Below are positions 30,243-39,199 of a stretch of DNA of 64,000 nucleotides, one piece after another. Below the pieces are notes generated by a model. That model made no database searches. It was given only the letters and a program-made list of their open reading frames with translations, and was not told where the DNA came from. The stretch lies in the NCBI GenBank assembly GCA_965242755.1, contig OZ251500.1, forward strand, positions 2,933,157 through 2,997,156. The letters are read 5' to 3'. This DNA is from Dehalococcoidia bacterium. GTDB taxonomy: Bacteria > Chloroflexota > Dehalococcoidia > Lucifugimonadales > Australimonadaceae. Each line of letters begins with the position of its first letter. Position 1 is the first letter of the stretch. The position numbers and the translations under genes are program-made.

Positions 30243-31762
30243 CGGTTTCGCGTCAACCGGCGGCGCAGGGAAGCCGCCCGCCATTGCGCGCCGGAGGCGG
30301 CCCCGCGCAGCAGCGCCAGCGCATCGCGCCCGCCCCGCGCGTCCCGCGCCCGATCCGCCAAGCGATTCCACGCGGTCGGATGGTCAATCGGGTCCGTTCG
30401 CGGAGCGCCGCGTCCGTCGCCGTTCGGCGCGCTTCCGATCCGCAGTTGCGCGGGCGCGACGGTCAGCGCGTCGCCGTAATCGCTAGGGCCGCCCCCCGCG
30501 CGGCGCGCCCGATGCAGCGCCCACGTCCGCGTAATGGACGCCTCGCGCCCGTCCGGGAGCGGCGCCGTGAGAACCGCCGCCGTCCCCAGACGCCGCCGCA
30601 TCCGGTGAACGACGTTCGGCGCGAACGCGGCGCTCGCGGGAAGCGCGACATGAAACGACGCCGTAGGGAACTCGTCGAGGGCGTCCCCCGCCGCGTCGAG
30701 CCGGACGCGCGGGTCGGCGCCGAACTCGTTGCGGAGGCGCTCCGCCGTCTCGTCGTCCGCGCCGCCGGGCGCCTCGACGCGCGCGGCCAAGTCGAAAACG
30801 CGGTCGGCCAAAATGTCGGCGACGGCCTGGATGACGCGCTCCGCGGACGCGCCGTCGGTTTGGAGCGTGACGACGAACTGCGGCGTCCGGTGGACGCGGC
30901 CCGGCCGGTTGCTGCGGAACCAGCGATGGGCGATGAGTTGCGCGGCTTTCTCGCGCTGGATCAGATTGTCGCGCTCCTTGGCCTCGCGGTTGTCGCTCCA
31001 TCTCCCCTGATGCCAGGCAAACGCCCCCGCCGCCGGGGCAAGCAGCGCCCCCATCGTGTAGGCGCGGTAGCCGAACTCCATATCCTCCATCCCCCACCGC
31101 GTGAACGATTCGTCCATGCCGCCCAGCGACTCGTAGAACGCCTTGCCGACGCCGAACCCCCAGCCCTCCACGCCCCAGAACAGGTTGTCGGCCTTGATCA
31201 TCAGTTCGCTCGTCTTGAGGAAGTCCGGGAGAATGGGCGGGTCCGTCGGCTTCCCCGCGAAGAACTCCTTGATGGGCCCCGTCCTGCGCCGAATGCGCTC
31301 CGCGCTCAGGCCGTCAATCGGCGCGTGGGCGCGAAGCCCCATCGTCAGAACGTCGGAGACGGCGTGATGCCATCTCGCGTGCGCCGCGATCCAATTCGCC
31401 TCCGCAAGCATATCGTCGTCAAGGAAGAGCAGGACGTCGCCGGACGCGGCGCGCGCCCCCGCGTTCCGCGCCCGGGCCAGCCCGAATCCGCGCCGCTCCT
31501 GCCGCTCCATCCGAACGCTCAGCGCCGACGAAGGCCGCTCCAGCGGCGGATCCGACCCGTCGTCAACGAGGATGACTTCGACGAGGCCGCACGGGTAGGT
31601 CTGCCCCTCCAACGCCGCGAGCGTCATCTCCAACGTCGTAGGCGGCGTCCGATGGCACGGAATCACGACGCTCACGCGCATCGTCGGCGCGAAAGCGTCC
31701 GCAGGCGGCGGTTGGACTTGCCGCCAATCGTTGTAGCGGACGGCGTTGGGCCGGGGTGTCAC
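30239..31762 (-). CDS. Glycosyltransferase family 2
   Basis: VSVVIP, QTYP..EVILVDDGS, ARARNAGA, LLFLDDD, GGMDESF..WGMEDMEFGYR; GTG start after GGAGG. Confidence 0.9.
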   Translation of the reverse strand: MTPRPNAVRYNDWRQVQPPPADAFAPTMRVSVVIPCHRTPPTTLEMTLAALEGQTYPCGLVEVILVDDGSDPPLERPSSALSVRMERQERRGFGLARARNAGARAASGDVLLFLDDDMLAEANWIAAHARWHHAVSDVLTMGLRAHAPIDGLSAERIRRRTGPIKEFFAGKPTDPPILPDFLKTSELMIKADNLFWGVEGWGFGVGKAFYESLGGMDESFTRWGMEDMEFGYRAYTMGALLAPAAGAFAWHQGRWSDNREAKERDNLIQREKAAQLIAHRWFRSNRPGRVHRTPQFVVTLQTDGASAERVIQAVADILADRVFDLAARVEAPGGADDETAERLRNEFGADPRVRLDAAGDALDEFPTASFHVALPASAAFAPNVVHRMRRRLGTAAVLTAPLPDGREASITRTWALHRARRAGGGPSDYGDALTVAPAQLRIGSAPNGDGRGAPRTDPIDHPTAWNRLADRARDARGGRDALALLRGAASGAQWRAASLRRRLTRNR

Positions 31763-31844
31763 GCTCGCCTCCGCATCCGAGCGGCGGACGCGCCGCCGCG
31801 CCGCGCCACGAGGCTTGGATGCGCGGTCGCTATGCGGAGAAACT

Positions 31845-32300
31845 CTAGCAGGGAGGCGGCTCCACTTTGGCGCGGAGGCGGTTAAAGAACTCCTCAATGA
31901 CCTGCATCCCGGTGGCGCGCAGGATCATATCGCCGACGATGCCGAGCCTGCCCTTGATCGTCACCTCCGATGCGTAGGCGAGTTCGCAGCCGCCGTCCGC
32001 CTCGGCGAGCGTCATCTCAATGGAGGCGGTCATCGCGCTCTTGGTGATCGAGTCCTGCCCCTCGACGCGGGCGGCGAGGCGGACGGGCTCCTCGGCCTCG
32101 ACGATTTCGGCGCGGAAGGAGAAGTCGCCCGAGACGGGGCCGACCTTCGCGCTCATGCCGCCCTCGAACGAGCGGTCGTCCAGTTTCACGACGTCACGGA
32201 CGCCGGGCATGCACTCGGCGAACTGCTCGATGTCGAGCGCGACGCGCCAAACGTCGGCGGGCGACGCGCGGAAGGCAACCTTGCCCTGATACTTCATCAT
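31845..32300 (-). CDS. CoxG/SRPBCC family protein
   Basis: ASPADVW..CMPG..KVGPVSG..GRLGIVG..FFNRL pattern of CoxG. Confidence 0.8.
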   Translation of the reverse strand: MMKYQGKVAFRASPADVWRVALDIEQFAECMPGVRDVVKLDDRSFEGGMSAKVGPVSGDFSFRAEIVEAEEPVRLAARVEGQDSITKSAMTASIEMTLAEADGGCELAYASEVTIKGRLGIVGDMILRATGMQVIEEFFNRLRAKVEPPPC

Positions 32301-32451
32301 TTCCTTTCGCGCAGGTTCGCGCAGGGGCAAGCCTACCGCAACGGGGCGCGTCCGGCAACGGGGCGCAAGCGGTCAAAGCGCATTGGCATTGGCGGGGCAA
32401 CGGGCGCCGACCGGCGCAAGGGGCGAATGTCGCGCCTGCCCGATAACCGCG

Positions 32452-33507
32452 CTACCCGATGGTTCCCGCGACCTCCTGGCGGGGGCGCGACTCCTCGCGG
32501 TAGAGGCCGATCGCCTCTACGACGGGCAGGTCGCTCATCGAAAAGAGAACCGCGTCCTCCGACGAGTCCGTGCCGTGCTCGTGGACGGCCCACGACGGCA
32601 GAACGAAGGTGTCGCCCTTCGCCCAGTCGAGCCGCTTGCCGTCTATGACGCAGTACCCCTCGCCCTTCGCGGCGTGGTAGACGACGCTGGACGTGTGGCG
32701 GTGCGCCTCGCCATGCGAGTTCGGCGCGAGCCGCTGCAGTTTGAGCGCGAGCGTCGGCATCGAGTGGCCGCCCGTCACAGGGTTGGCGTACTCCATCGTC
32801 ACGCCGTCGTAGGGATCCTCCTCGCCGTAGCCGAGCAGCGCGCCGTAGGCGTCGCTCCACTTGTATGTGATCGGCAGCGTTCCGCCAACGACGTCCTTCA
32901 GATTGGCGCGCATCAGCCCGTTGCCGATCGCCGCGTTCGTGTAGCCGTTCGGCTTGGTGACAGGCTGAACGTCCTCCGGGTACGGCTCCTGAAACATCGC
33001 GTCGAGGTAGCCGACCATCGGCGCGTCAAGGCAGTCGAGCCAGATCACCGGTTTGTCCTGCGGGTTGTTGTGGTCGTGCCACACCCACGACGGCGTGAGC
33101 GTGAGGTCGCCCTCCTCCATGCGGAAGCGCTCCCCGTCCTGCACCGTGAACGCTCCCTCGCCCTCTATGACGAACCGGATGGCGGCGGCGGTGTGCCGGT
33201 GCGCCTCCGCGATCTCGCCCGGCCAGACGATCTGGACGGCGGCGGACATCGTCTTCGTCGCGCCGGCCTGCGGGTTCTTCAGCCCCGGGTTCCGCATCGT
33301 GAGCGCGCGCCTGAAGCCCTGCCCCCGCAAACTGGGGAGGTCGCCCGCCTGCATCGCCAACTCGCGCATCCGCTCCCAGCGCCACACGAAGGGCGCCAAC
33401 TTCGGGCGCACCGGCGGGTTCGCGTGCATCACCCACAGCGGGTTGATGTTCTCCGCGTCCAACTCCTCGTGAAACGCCCGCTCGCTCTCCGGCATCGTCC
33501 ACGCCAT
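32452..33507 (-). CDS. Gentisate 1,2-dioxygenase-like bicupin ring-cleavage dioxygenase
   Basis: PLW..WRW..RRAL..NPGL, AHRHTAAAIRFVIEGEG, GDLTLTPSWVWHDH, WLDCLDAP, YANPVTG, HRHTSS, GDTFVLPSW. Confidence 0.88.
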   Translation of the reverse strand: MAWTMPESERAFHEELDAENINPLWVMHANPPVRPKLAPFVWRWERMRELAMQAGDLPSLRGQGFRRALTMRNPGLKNPQAGATKTMSAAVQIVWPGEIAEAHRHTAAAIRFVIEGEGAFTVQDGERFRMEEGDLTLTPSWVWHDHNNPQDKPVIWLDCLDAPMVGYLDAMFQEPYPEDVQPVTKPNGYTNAAIGNGLMRANLKDVVGGTLPITYKWSDAYGALLGYGEEDPYDGVTMEYANPVTGGHSMPTLALKLQRLAPNSHGEAHRHTSSVVYHAAKGEGYCVIDGKRLDWAKGDTFVLPSWAVHEHGTDSSEDAVLFSMSDLPVVEAIGLYREESRPRQEVAGTIG

Positions 33508-33643
33508 CGCCGACCTCCTCTCTCGCTAGGGGCTAGCATCCCCTATGGTACACGCACCTTACCATCCGCGCCATAGGCGTCCTTCCCGAGCAGCCGGGAA
33601 CCTCATCGTGTAGACTACGGGCGTCCTGTTCCACGATGAGGAG

Positions 33644-33838
33644 GTGGAGATGGTAACTGTATTGGCAATCTTGATAACGGCATTGGCCATGGTCAATTAC
33701 TATGGGGGGCTGTGCGCGGGGATCACCTTGTGGAGGAAGCGCGGGTTCGACGCTGCGGAACTGCTGCTCTGGCTATTTATCCCGTTCTACGGGTTGTGGT
33801 TGATTCGCAAATACTGGCTGCACGATATCTCGCGTTAG
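33644..33838 (+). CDS. Small hydrophobic membrane protein
   Basis: 64 aa, two hydrophobic segments, GAGGAGG RBS, lower GC than its neighbours. Confidence 0.55.
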   Translation: MEMVTVLAILITALAMVNYYGGLCAGITLWRKRGFDAAELLLWLFIPFYGLWLIRKYWLHDISR

Positions 33839-33913
33839 GCGCGGCAGACCCCCAGTGTGGAGCACTGTCCGCTCTGCGCCCCGCCCAAACAGGCCGTTCG
33901 CCTCATCAAGGAA

Positions 33914-33945
33914 CCGGTGGGTCCACCCCGGGTGGGACCCACCGG
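33914..33945. terminator. Near-perfect hairpin between convergent small ORFs
   Basis: CCGGTGGGTCC-ACCC..GGGTGGGACCCACCGG. Confidence 0.55.
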
Positions 33946-33956
33946 GCGCGGCCGCC

Positions 33957-34268
33957 CTATGCGTCTACGAACTCGATGAACTTATGCGCCACGAGTTCCG
34001 TGAGGAGGATATTGGGAATTCCCTCCCCGCCGCCCGTCAGCCCGGCCGCCTTCCCCGATTCCAAGGTCTTGCCGTTCCACTCACGGACGGTCATCCCATC
34101 CTCGAGTGACGGCAGCGAGTGCTCCCTGCGGTAGGACTCGCCACGGGGAGGACTGTTTGGGCAATCGTACAGAGCCTCGCAGAGGACATGGATAACCTTG
34201 CCCTCCGTGTTCCCCCGGGTGTACCGCTCGCGTTCCGCAATCGGCGGAGCCGTGTGGTCGTGTTCCAT
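33957..34268 (-). CDS. Hypothetical protein (103 aa)
   Basis: Strong GAGGAGG RBS, balanced amino-acid composition; no motif recognised. Confidence 0.55.
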   Translation of the reverse strand: MEHDHTAPPIAERERYTRGNTEGKVIHVLCEALYDCPNSPPRGESYRREHSLPSLEDGMTVREWNGKTLESGKAAGLTGGGEGIPNILLTELVAHKFIEFVDA

Positions 34269-34302
34269 CGCCGACCTCCTCTCGCTAACGCCCTATGACC
34301 GA

Positions 34303-34397
34303 CCTGACCGCGTAGGCGGGAATCCAGACGCGGCGCGCAGCGCCGCTCCTCCCGCCCCTCGGCGCCCCGTCATTCCCGCGAAAGCGGGAACCTACTG
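34303..34397. repeat. Pair of REP-like family A copies
   Basis: CGCGTAGGCGGGAATCCAG (~34309-34327) and GTCATTCCCGCGAAAGCGGGAACC (~34369-34392). Confidence 0.8.
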
Positions 34398-34421
34398 GGG
34401 CCGGGAGCGGGATAGCATATC

Positions 34422-35099
34422 TTACGCTATCTCGCCGATGCGCTGGGCGAGATTCTCCACTAGCGGGATCCCCTTTCTTATCAGCGGCCAGTTCCATCCT
34501 ATCAACCGCTTGCCTAGCGCTTCGCCGACAAAGACGTGCAAGGGATACCTGTACCCGTCAACCGTGACCGTTTCGCGGGGCTCGTACTCTGCGGAGAGCG
34601 CCTTCTTCATCTGTTCCAGGACGGTCTTGCCGTCCCCCAGCAGCAGTTTGATGCCGGGGTTCTCCTCCAACTGCCGCCTCACGAAAGGCGCGCCGTCCTC
34701 CAGCAACTTGGCTTGGGCGCCGGGCGGCAAGTCTCTCCAACTTTCCGATGTCGGCCACTGGGCCAAGTCCAAGTGACAGGCGGAGCCGTCGAGGTACGAC
34801 GCGCCGCACGCGACGATGACCTTCTCTAGGGGATTGAAGAAACCGGGCGTGGCGCGGCCAACCTCAGTTGTGAAGTAGTCGTAGCCGTACATCTCCGCCT
34901 TGGCGCCCGGGGCGACGCCGGGCTGGGCGCCGCGCCGCGCCTCCCTCTGGTGCCCGTGCCCGGGGTTCAGCCCTATCGTGGCGATGCGAGCCTTGGCGGG
35001 GTCGCCGTAGGCGATGGTCGGTATCGCCCCATCAGGGATGCGACAGCCTTCGGGAGGCTTCCGCGCGGCTCTCAGTTGCGCGTACTCCGGCAAAACCAT
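34422..35099 (-). CDS. Hypothetical protein, possible uracil-DNA-glycosylase-superfamily fold
   Basis: YGDPAKARIATIGLNPG resembles UDG motif A (GxNPG); IKLLLGDGKT resembles the later beta-strand motif; AAGGAG RBS. Confidence 0.55.
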   Translation of the reverse strand: MVLPEYAQLRAARKPPEGCRIPDGAIPTIAYGDPAKARIATIGLNPGHGHQREARRGAQPGVAPGAKAEMYGYDYFTTEVGRATPGFFNPLEKVIVACGASYLDGSACHLDLAQWPTSESWRDLPPGAQAKLLEDGAPFVRRQLEENPGIKLLLGDGKTVLEQMKKALSAEYEPRETVTVDGYRYPLHVFVGEALGKRLIGWNWPLIRKGIPLVENLAQRIGEIA

Positions 35100-35151
35100 C
35101 GCTGTCTCCTTCCGGCAAGTCCCCGCTTTGCGCCTAGCGCAAGCCTACTCC

Positions 35152-36291
35152 CTACGCCACCGAGGCGATCTCCACGCCCTCCTCTTTCGCGGCGCGCTGA
35201 ATCACGAGCGTCGTCGTGATGGCGAGGATGCCGTGCGCGCCCGCTTTCGCAAGCGCGTCCGTGCTCACCGTCCGGAGCGCGGCGGCTTGCTCCGCGCTCA
35301 CGCCCAACTCGGCGGCGACGCCGTCCATATCGCGGACGAACCTGCGGCGGAGCCCCTCGTCGCGCCGCAACTCGAAGAGCGCCTTGTTGAGGGGGTACGT
35401 CTCCGGCGTGGGGTACTTGTAGAACTCGTAGCCCTGCCCGCGGAACTCGAAGCCGCCGAACTTGGGAATCTCCCGACGCTCTTGCCCGCGCCCTCCCCGG
35501 TCGGGAATGAAGCGCATCACGCCGTGCCCGTGGTGGGAGGTGGGCTGGTAGCTCAGCAACTCGCCGCGCCGCGTTCCGGTCGCGCCGAGCATCACGAGCC
35601 AGGGCAGCAGTTCGGTGTTGCCCACCTCGTCCAACTGCTCGCCGGTCAACTCGAGCAGCGACTCCGGCCTGCCCTCCTCGAGTTCCTGGATGACCCAGTG
35701 GTCGAACTCGTACTCCGGATCGAAGTACTTCCACGTGCCGGGGTAGTGGGAGAGCCCGCCGCTGGCGAGGATGGCGACCTTCTCCGGGCGCGCGTCTATG
35801 ACCTTGCGAATCGCCTCGCCGACCTGGACGCAGCGATGAGTCGTCGGGAGCGGGGGGAGGTAGACGTTGACGAACATCGGCACGATGGGAACGGCGCGCC
35901 CCTGGTGAATGTACTCCAGCGGCGTGGCGAAGGCGTGGCCGAGCAGAGCCTCGTGCGCGTAGGCGAGGTCTATTCCGTCGGCGACGAGGCCGTTGAGGAG
36001 CGCCGTGGCCATCTCCTGATGGATCGGAACCTCGTACTCATGCCCGGCGTACTCCGCCGTCGCGGTCTTGCCGGTGATGACGGCGAACGCGGGCACGGAG
36101 CCGGGGAAGAACGTTTCGACGTGGTCGATGCCGACGAGGATGAGGACGTCGGGGGACGTCGCGTCGAGTTCGCGGCCGAGGACGCCCATCGCGTCGATGC
36201 CGGCTTGCAGTTGCGCTTGGTCTTCCTGCGGGGGCCTGGTGAGGAGTTGGGGCGCGTGCACCGATCCTGCGGCCCAGACGATTTCACCCAT
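35152..36291 (-). CDS. Class III extradiol dioxygenase, LigB domain fused to a C-terminal LigA-like domain
   Basis: GEIVWAAGSVHAP, DH.ETFF, LGHAFATPL, SGGLSHYPG, EFD, GNTELLPW; C-terminal YPLNKALFEL..F..D..A..GAHGIL. Confidence 0.85.
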   Translation of the reverse strand: MGEIVWAAGSVHAPQLLTRPPQEDQAQLQAGIDAMGVLGRELDATSPDVLILVGIDHVETFFPGSVPAFAVITGKTATAEYAGHEYEVPIHQEMATALLNGLVADGIDLAYAHEALLGHAFATPLEYIHQGRAVPIVPMFVNVYLPPLPTTHRCVQVGEAIRKVIDARPEKVAILASGGLSHYPGTWKYFDPEYEFDHWVIQELEEGRPESLLELTGEQLDEVGNTELLPWLVMLGATGTRRGELLSYQPTSHHGHGVMRFIPDRGGRGQERREIPKFGGFEFRGQGYEFYKYPTPETYPLNKALFELRRDEGLRRRFVRDMDGVAAELGVSAEQAAALRTVSTDALAKAGAHGILAITTTLVIQRAAKEEGVEIASVA

Positions 36292-36417
36292 AAGCGTTCG
36301 CTCCTTCGCCGCCGAGCGCGGCCTGCCGCCTATCGTAGAGGAGAGCGGCGTCGGGCGCAACGCCCAACGCCCCGTTGCGCTACAATCCCACGCGACCCGG
36401 CGACAGGAGGCGCGCCT

Positions 36418-37896
36418 ATGCCCGTGCAAGACTTGCGAGAGTGGATCGCCCGCATCGACGAAATGGGCGAACTGACCCGCGTCGAAGGCGCCGACCCCAA
36501 CCTCGAGATCGGCGGCCTCGCCGACCTCTACCAGTGGGATATGGAGAACCCCGCTCTCCTCTTCGAGAAGATCAAGGGGCACCCGGAGAGCCACCGCCTC
36601 ATCGCCAATGTCCTCACCTCGCTGCCGCGCGTCTGCCTCAGCCTCGACCTGCCCGTCGACCTCACGCGCCGCGAATTCGTGCGGACGTGGCGCGACCGCC
36701 TCAAGGAGTTCGCCCCCATCCCGCCGCGCCAAGTCGAGGACGGCCCCGCGCTCGAGAACCGGCGAACCGGCGACGAGGTGGACGTCACGCAGTTCCCCGC
36801 TCCCTTCTGGCACTCCGAAGACGGCGGCAAGTACCTCGGCACCGGCAACATCGTCGTGATGCGCGACCCAGACACGGGCTGGGTCAACGCCGGAACCTAC
36901 CGCGTCCAACTGCACGACCGCGACACGCTCGGCGTGATGATCTCCCCGGGCAAGCACGGGCGCCTCATCCGCGAAAAGTACTGGGCGAAGGGGCAGCCCT
37001 GCCCGGTCGCCGTCTCGTTCGGCCACGATCCGCTGCTGCTGCTGCTCGGCGGACTGGAGATCGACTACGGCGAGGACGAGTTCGCCGTCGCGGGCGGCGT
37101 TCGCGGCGAGCCGCTCGACGTCATCGCCGCGCCCCTCACCGGCCTCCCCGTTCCGGCGACCGCCGAAATCGTCATCGAAGGCGAGATCCCGCCCGACGAA
37201 TTCCATCAGGAGGGGCCGTTCGGCGAGTGGACGGGCTACTACGCGAGCGGCGAGCGCGATATGCCGATCATCAAAGTCCGCTCCGCAATGTGGCGGAACG
37301 ACCCCATCGCGCTGGGCTGCCTTCCCGGCAAGCCGCCGAACGACAACACCTACTTCCGCAGCCCGCTGCGCGCCGCGATGCTCTGGAACGAGTTGGAGCG
37401 CGCCGGCGTCCCGGGCGTCGTCGGCGCGTGGTCGCACGAGGCCGGCGGCGGGCGCTTCCTCAATGTCATCGCCATTCAGCAAATGTACCCCGGCCACGCC
37501 AAGCAGGTCGGCCACGCGACGACGTCCGTGCACGCGGGCGCCTACGCCAACCGGTTCGTCATCGTCGTGGACGACGACATCGACCCCACCGACACGAACG
37601 AGGTCCTCTGGGCGCTCTGCACGCGCGCCGAGGTGACGGAGGACGTCGACATCGTCAAGCGAATGTGGAGCACCTCGCTCGACCCGATGGCTTACGCCGG
37701 CGAGGGCCCGCGCTACTACAACAACCGGATGATCATAGACGCTTGCCGCCCCTACGACCGCCTGGCGACCTTCCCTCCCGTCGCCCGCAAGACGCAGGAG
37801 GAGGCCGCCGAAATCCGCGCCCAATGGCCCCAACTCTTCGCGCCCGACGGCAAAGTCCGCAAAGAAGTCCGCCGCGCCTCCCGCAACGGGGGGTAG
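36418..37896 (+). CDS. UbiD-family (prFMN-dependent) decarboxylase
   Basis: DLREWI..GEL, PALLFEKIKG, DGGKY, NAGTYR, PATAEIVIEG, EGPFGEWTGYY, IVVDDDID, WALCTR, IIDAC. Confidence 0.93.
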   Translation: MPVQDLREWIARIDEMGELTRVEGADPNLEIGGLADLYQWDMENPALLFEKIKGHPESHRLIANVLTSLPRVCLSLDLPVDLTRREFVRTWRDRLKEFAPIPPRQVEDGPALENRRTGDEVDVTQFPAPFWHSEDGGKYLGTGNIVVMRDPDTGWVNAGTYRVQLHDRDTLGVMISPGKHGRLIREKYWAKGQPCPVAVSFGHDPLLLLLGGLEIDYGEDEFAVAGGVRGEPLDVIAAPLTGLPVPATAEIVIEGEIPPDEFHQEGPFGEWTGYYASGERDMPIIKVRSAMWRNDPIALGCLPGKPPNDNTYFRSPLRAAMLWNELERAGVPGVVGAWSHEAGGGRFLNVIAIQQMYPGHAKQVGHATTSVHAGAYANRFVIVVDDDIDPTDTNEVLWALCTRAEVTEDVDIVKRMWSTSLDPMAYAGEGPRYYNNRMIIDACRPYDRLATFPPVARKTQEEAAEIRAQWPQLFAPDGKVRKEVRRASRNGG

Positions 37897-37992
37897 GGGA
37901 GCGTCGCGTACCCCCTCCCGCCGCGCCTGCGCCCTTAGGAGGCCTTTGCGCCGCCATGCCCACGCAGGCGTGAACCGCCCCGTCCCCGCGCG

Positions 37993-39183
37993 TCAGGCGG
38001 CGGCGGCGATGTCGGCGTAGGCGGCGGAGAGGGTCGCGGCGGCGGACTCCCAGGTGAAGGTTCGCGCCCAGTGGACGCCGGCCTCGCCCATTCGCCTGGC
38101 GCGGGCAGGGTCGACTAGGAGGGAGTCGAGCGCGGCGGCGATGGCGGTCGGCGAGCCGGGCTCGAAGAGGACGCCGGTTTCGTTTTCGCGGACGATTTGG
38201 CGGAGGCCGCCGGCGCGGGACGCGGCGACGGGCGTTCCGCAGGCCATCGACTCCAGGGCGACGAGGCCGAACGTTTCGTGGAGCGACGGGACGGCGCAGA
38301 CGTCGGCGGCGGCGTAGCAGCGGGGGAGTTCGGCGTGGGGGACGGCGCCGCGCGCGTCCACCTGGGCGCTGACGCCGGCCGCCCACGCCGCGTCGCGCAG
38401 CCATTGGACGGCGGGGCCGTCCTGCTCGCCGCCGACGATCAGGAGGCGGACGCCGCGCGGCTCGCGGAGCAGCGAGAGGGCTTGCACGAGCGCGTCCGGG
38501 CCTTTGAACGGCTCGGCGCGCCCGACGAAGAGGACGATGCGCTCGTCGGCGCCGACGCCGAGCGCGCTTCGCGCCTGCAGGCGGGACATCGGCCTGAAGA
38601 GCGACGAGTCCACGCCCAACGGCACGGCGCGAACGCGGTCGGCGGGGAATTCGAACAGCGCGCTGACGGCGGCGGCCTCTTCGTCGGTTGCGGTGATCAC
38701 GGCGTCGGACTCGCGGACGGCGGCGGCCTCCGCCTGTTTGCGGACGGCGGACTCGGGGGCGCCGCCGGCGCGCTCCTTGATTTCTGCGATGGTGTGGCCG
38801 GTGAAGACGTGGGGGGCGCCGAGCCGCCGCGCGAGGCGGATTCCGGGCTCCGCGGAGAGCCAGTAGTGGCTGTGGACGAGGTCGTAGTCCGCGCCGTCGG
38901 CGTCGGCGTAGGCGAGCAGCCGGCGCGTGAAGCCGTCGGCGTCGCTCGCGTCCATGTGCATTATTCGGAGGGGCGGGCCGCCGGGCTGTCCGCAGCCTGC
39001 GGATGCGTCCGCGGCGGGGCAGGGGCCGTGCAGGCGAGTGAAGACGTCGACGCGGACGCCGGCGCGCTCGAGGGCGCAGGCGACGTTGCGGAGGACGACG
39101 CTCATTCCGCCCGCCGCGCCGACGCCCGGGGACGCGAGCGGGCAGCCGTGGACGGAGACGTAGGCGACGCGGCTGACGCTCAT
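37993..39183 (-). CDS. GT4 glycosyltransferase, MshA-like
   Basis: SVHGCPL..AGGMSV, VDVFTR, YDLVHSHYWLS, FVGR..KG, PSLHETFGLVALESMACGTPV. Confidence 0.88.
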   Translation of the reverse strand: MSVSRVAYVSVHGCPLASPGVGAAGGMSVVLRNVACALERAGVRVDVFTRLHGPCPAADASAGCGQPGGPPLRIMHMDASDADGFTRRLLAYADADGADYDLVHSHYWLSAEPGIRLARRLGAPHVFTGHTIAEIKERAGGAPESAVRKQAEAAAVRESDAVITATDEEAAAVSALFEFPADRVRAVPLGVDSSLFRPMSRLQARSALGVGADERIVLFVGRAEPFKGPDALVQALSLLREPRGVRLLIVGGEQDGPAVQWLRDAAWAAGVSAQVDARGAVPHAELPRCYAAADVCAVPSLHETFGLVALESMACGTPVAASRAGGLRQIVRENETGVLFEPGSPTAIAAALDSLLVDPARARRMGEAGVHWARTFTWESAAATLSAAYADIAAAA

Positions 39184-39199
39184 CGTCGCATTCCCGGCC

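Noticed and set aside
29477..31885. 802-aa plus-strand ORF and similar long Arg/Ala/Pro-rich ORFs across the window
   Set aside because: Antisense or off-frame shadows of motif-bearing genes.
35014..37896. Apparent 960-aa and 893-aa overlapping antisense fusion ORFs
   Set aside because: Each is a real gene (UbiD from 36418, dioxygenase from 36291) extended by the stop-free antisense frame of the other; both real starts have RBSs.
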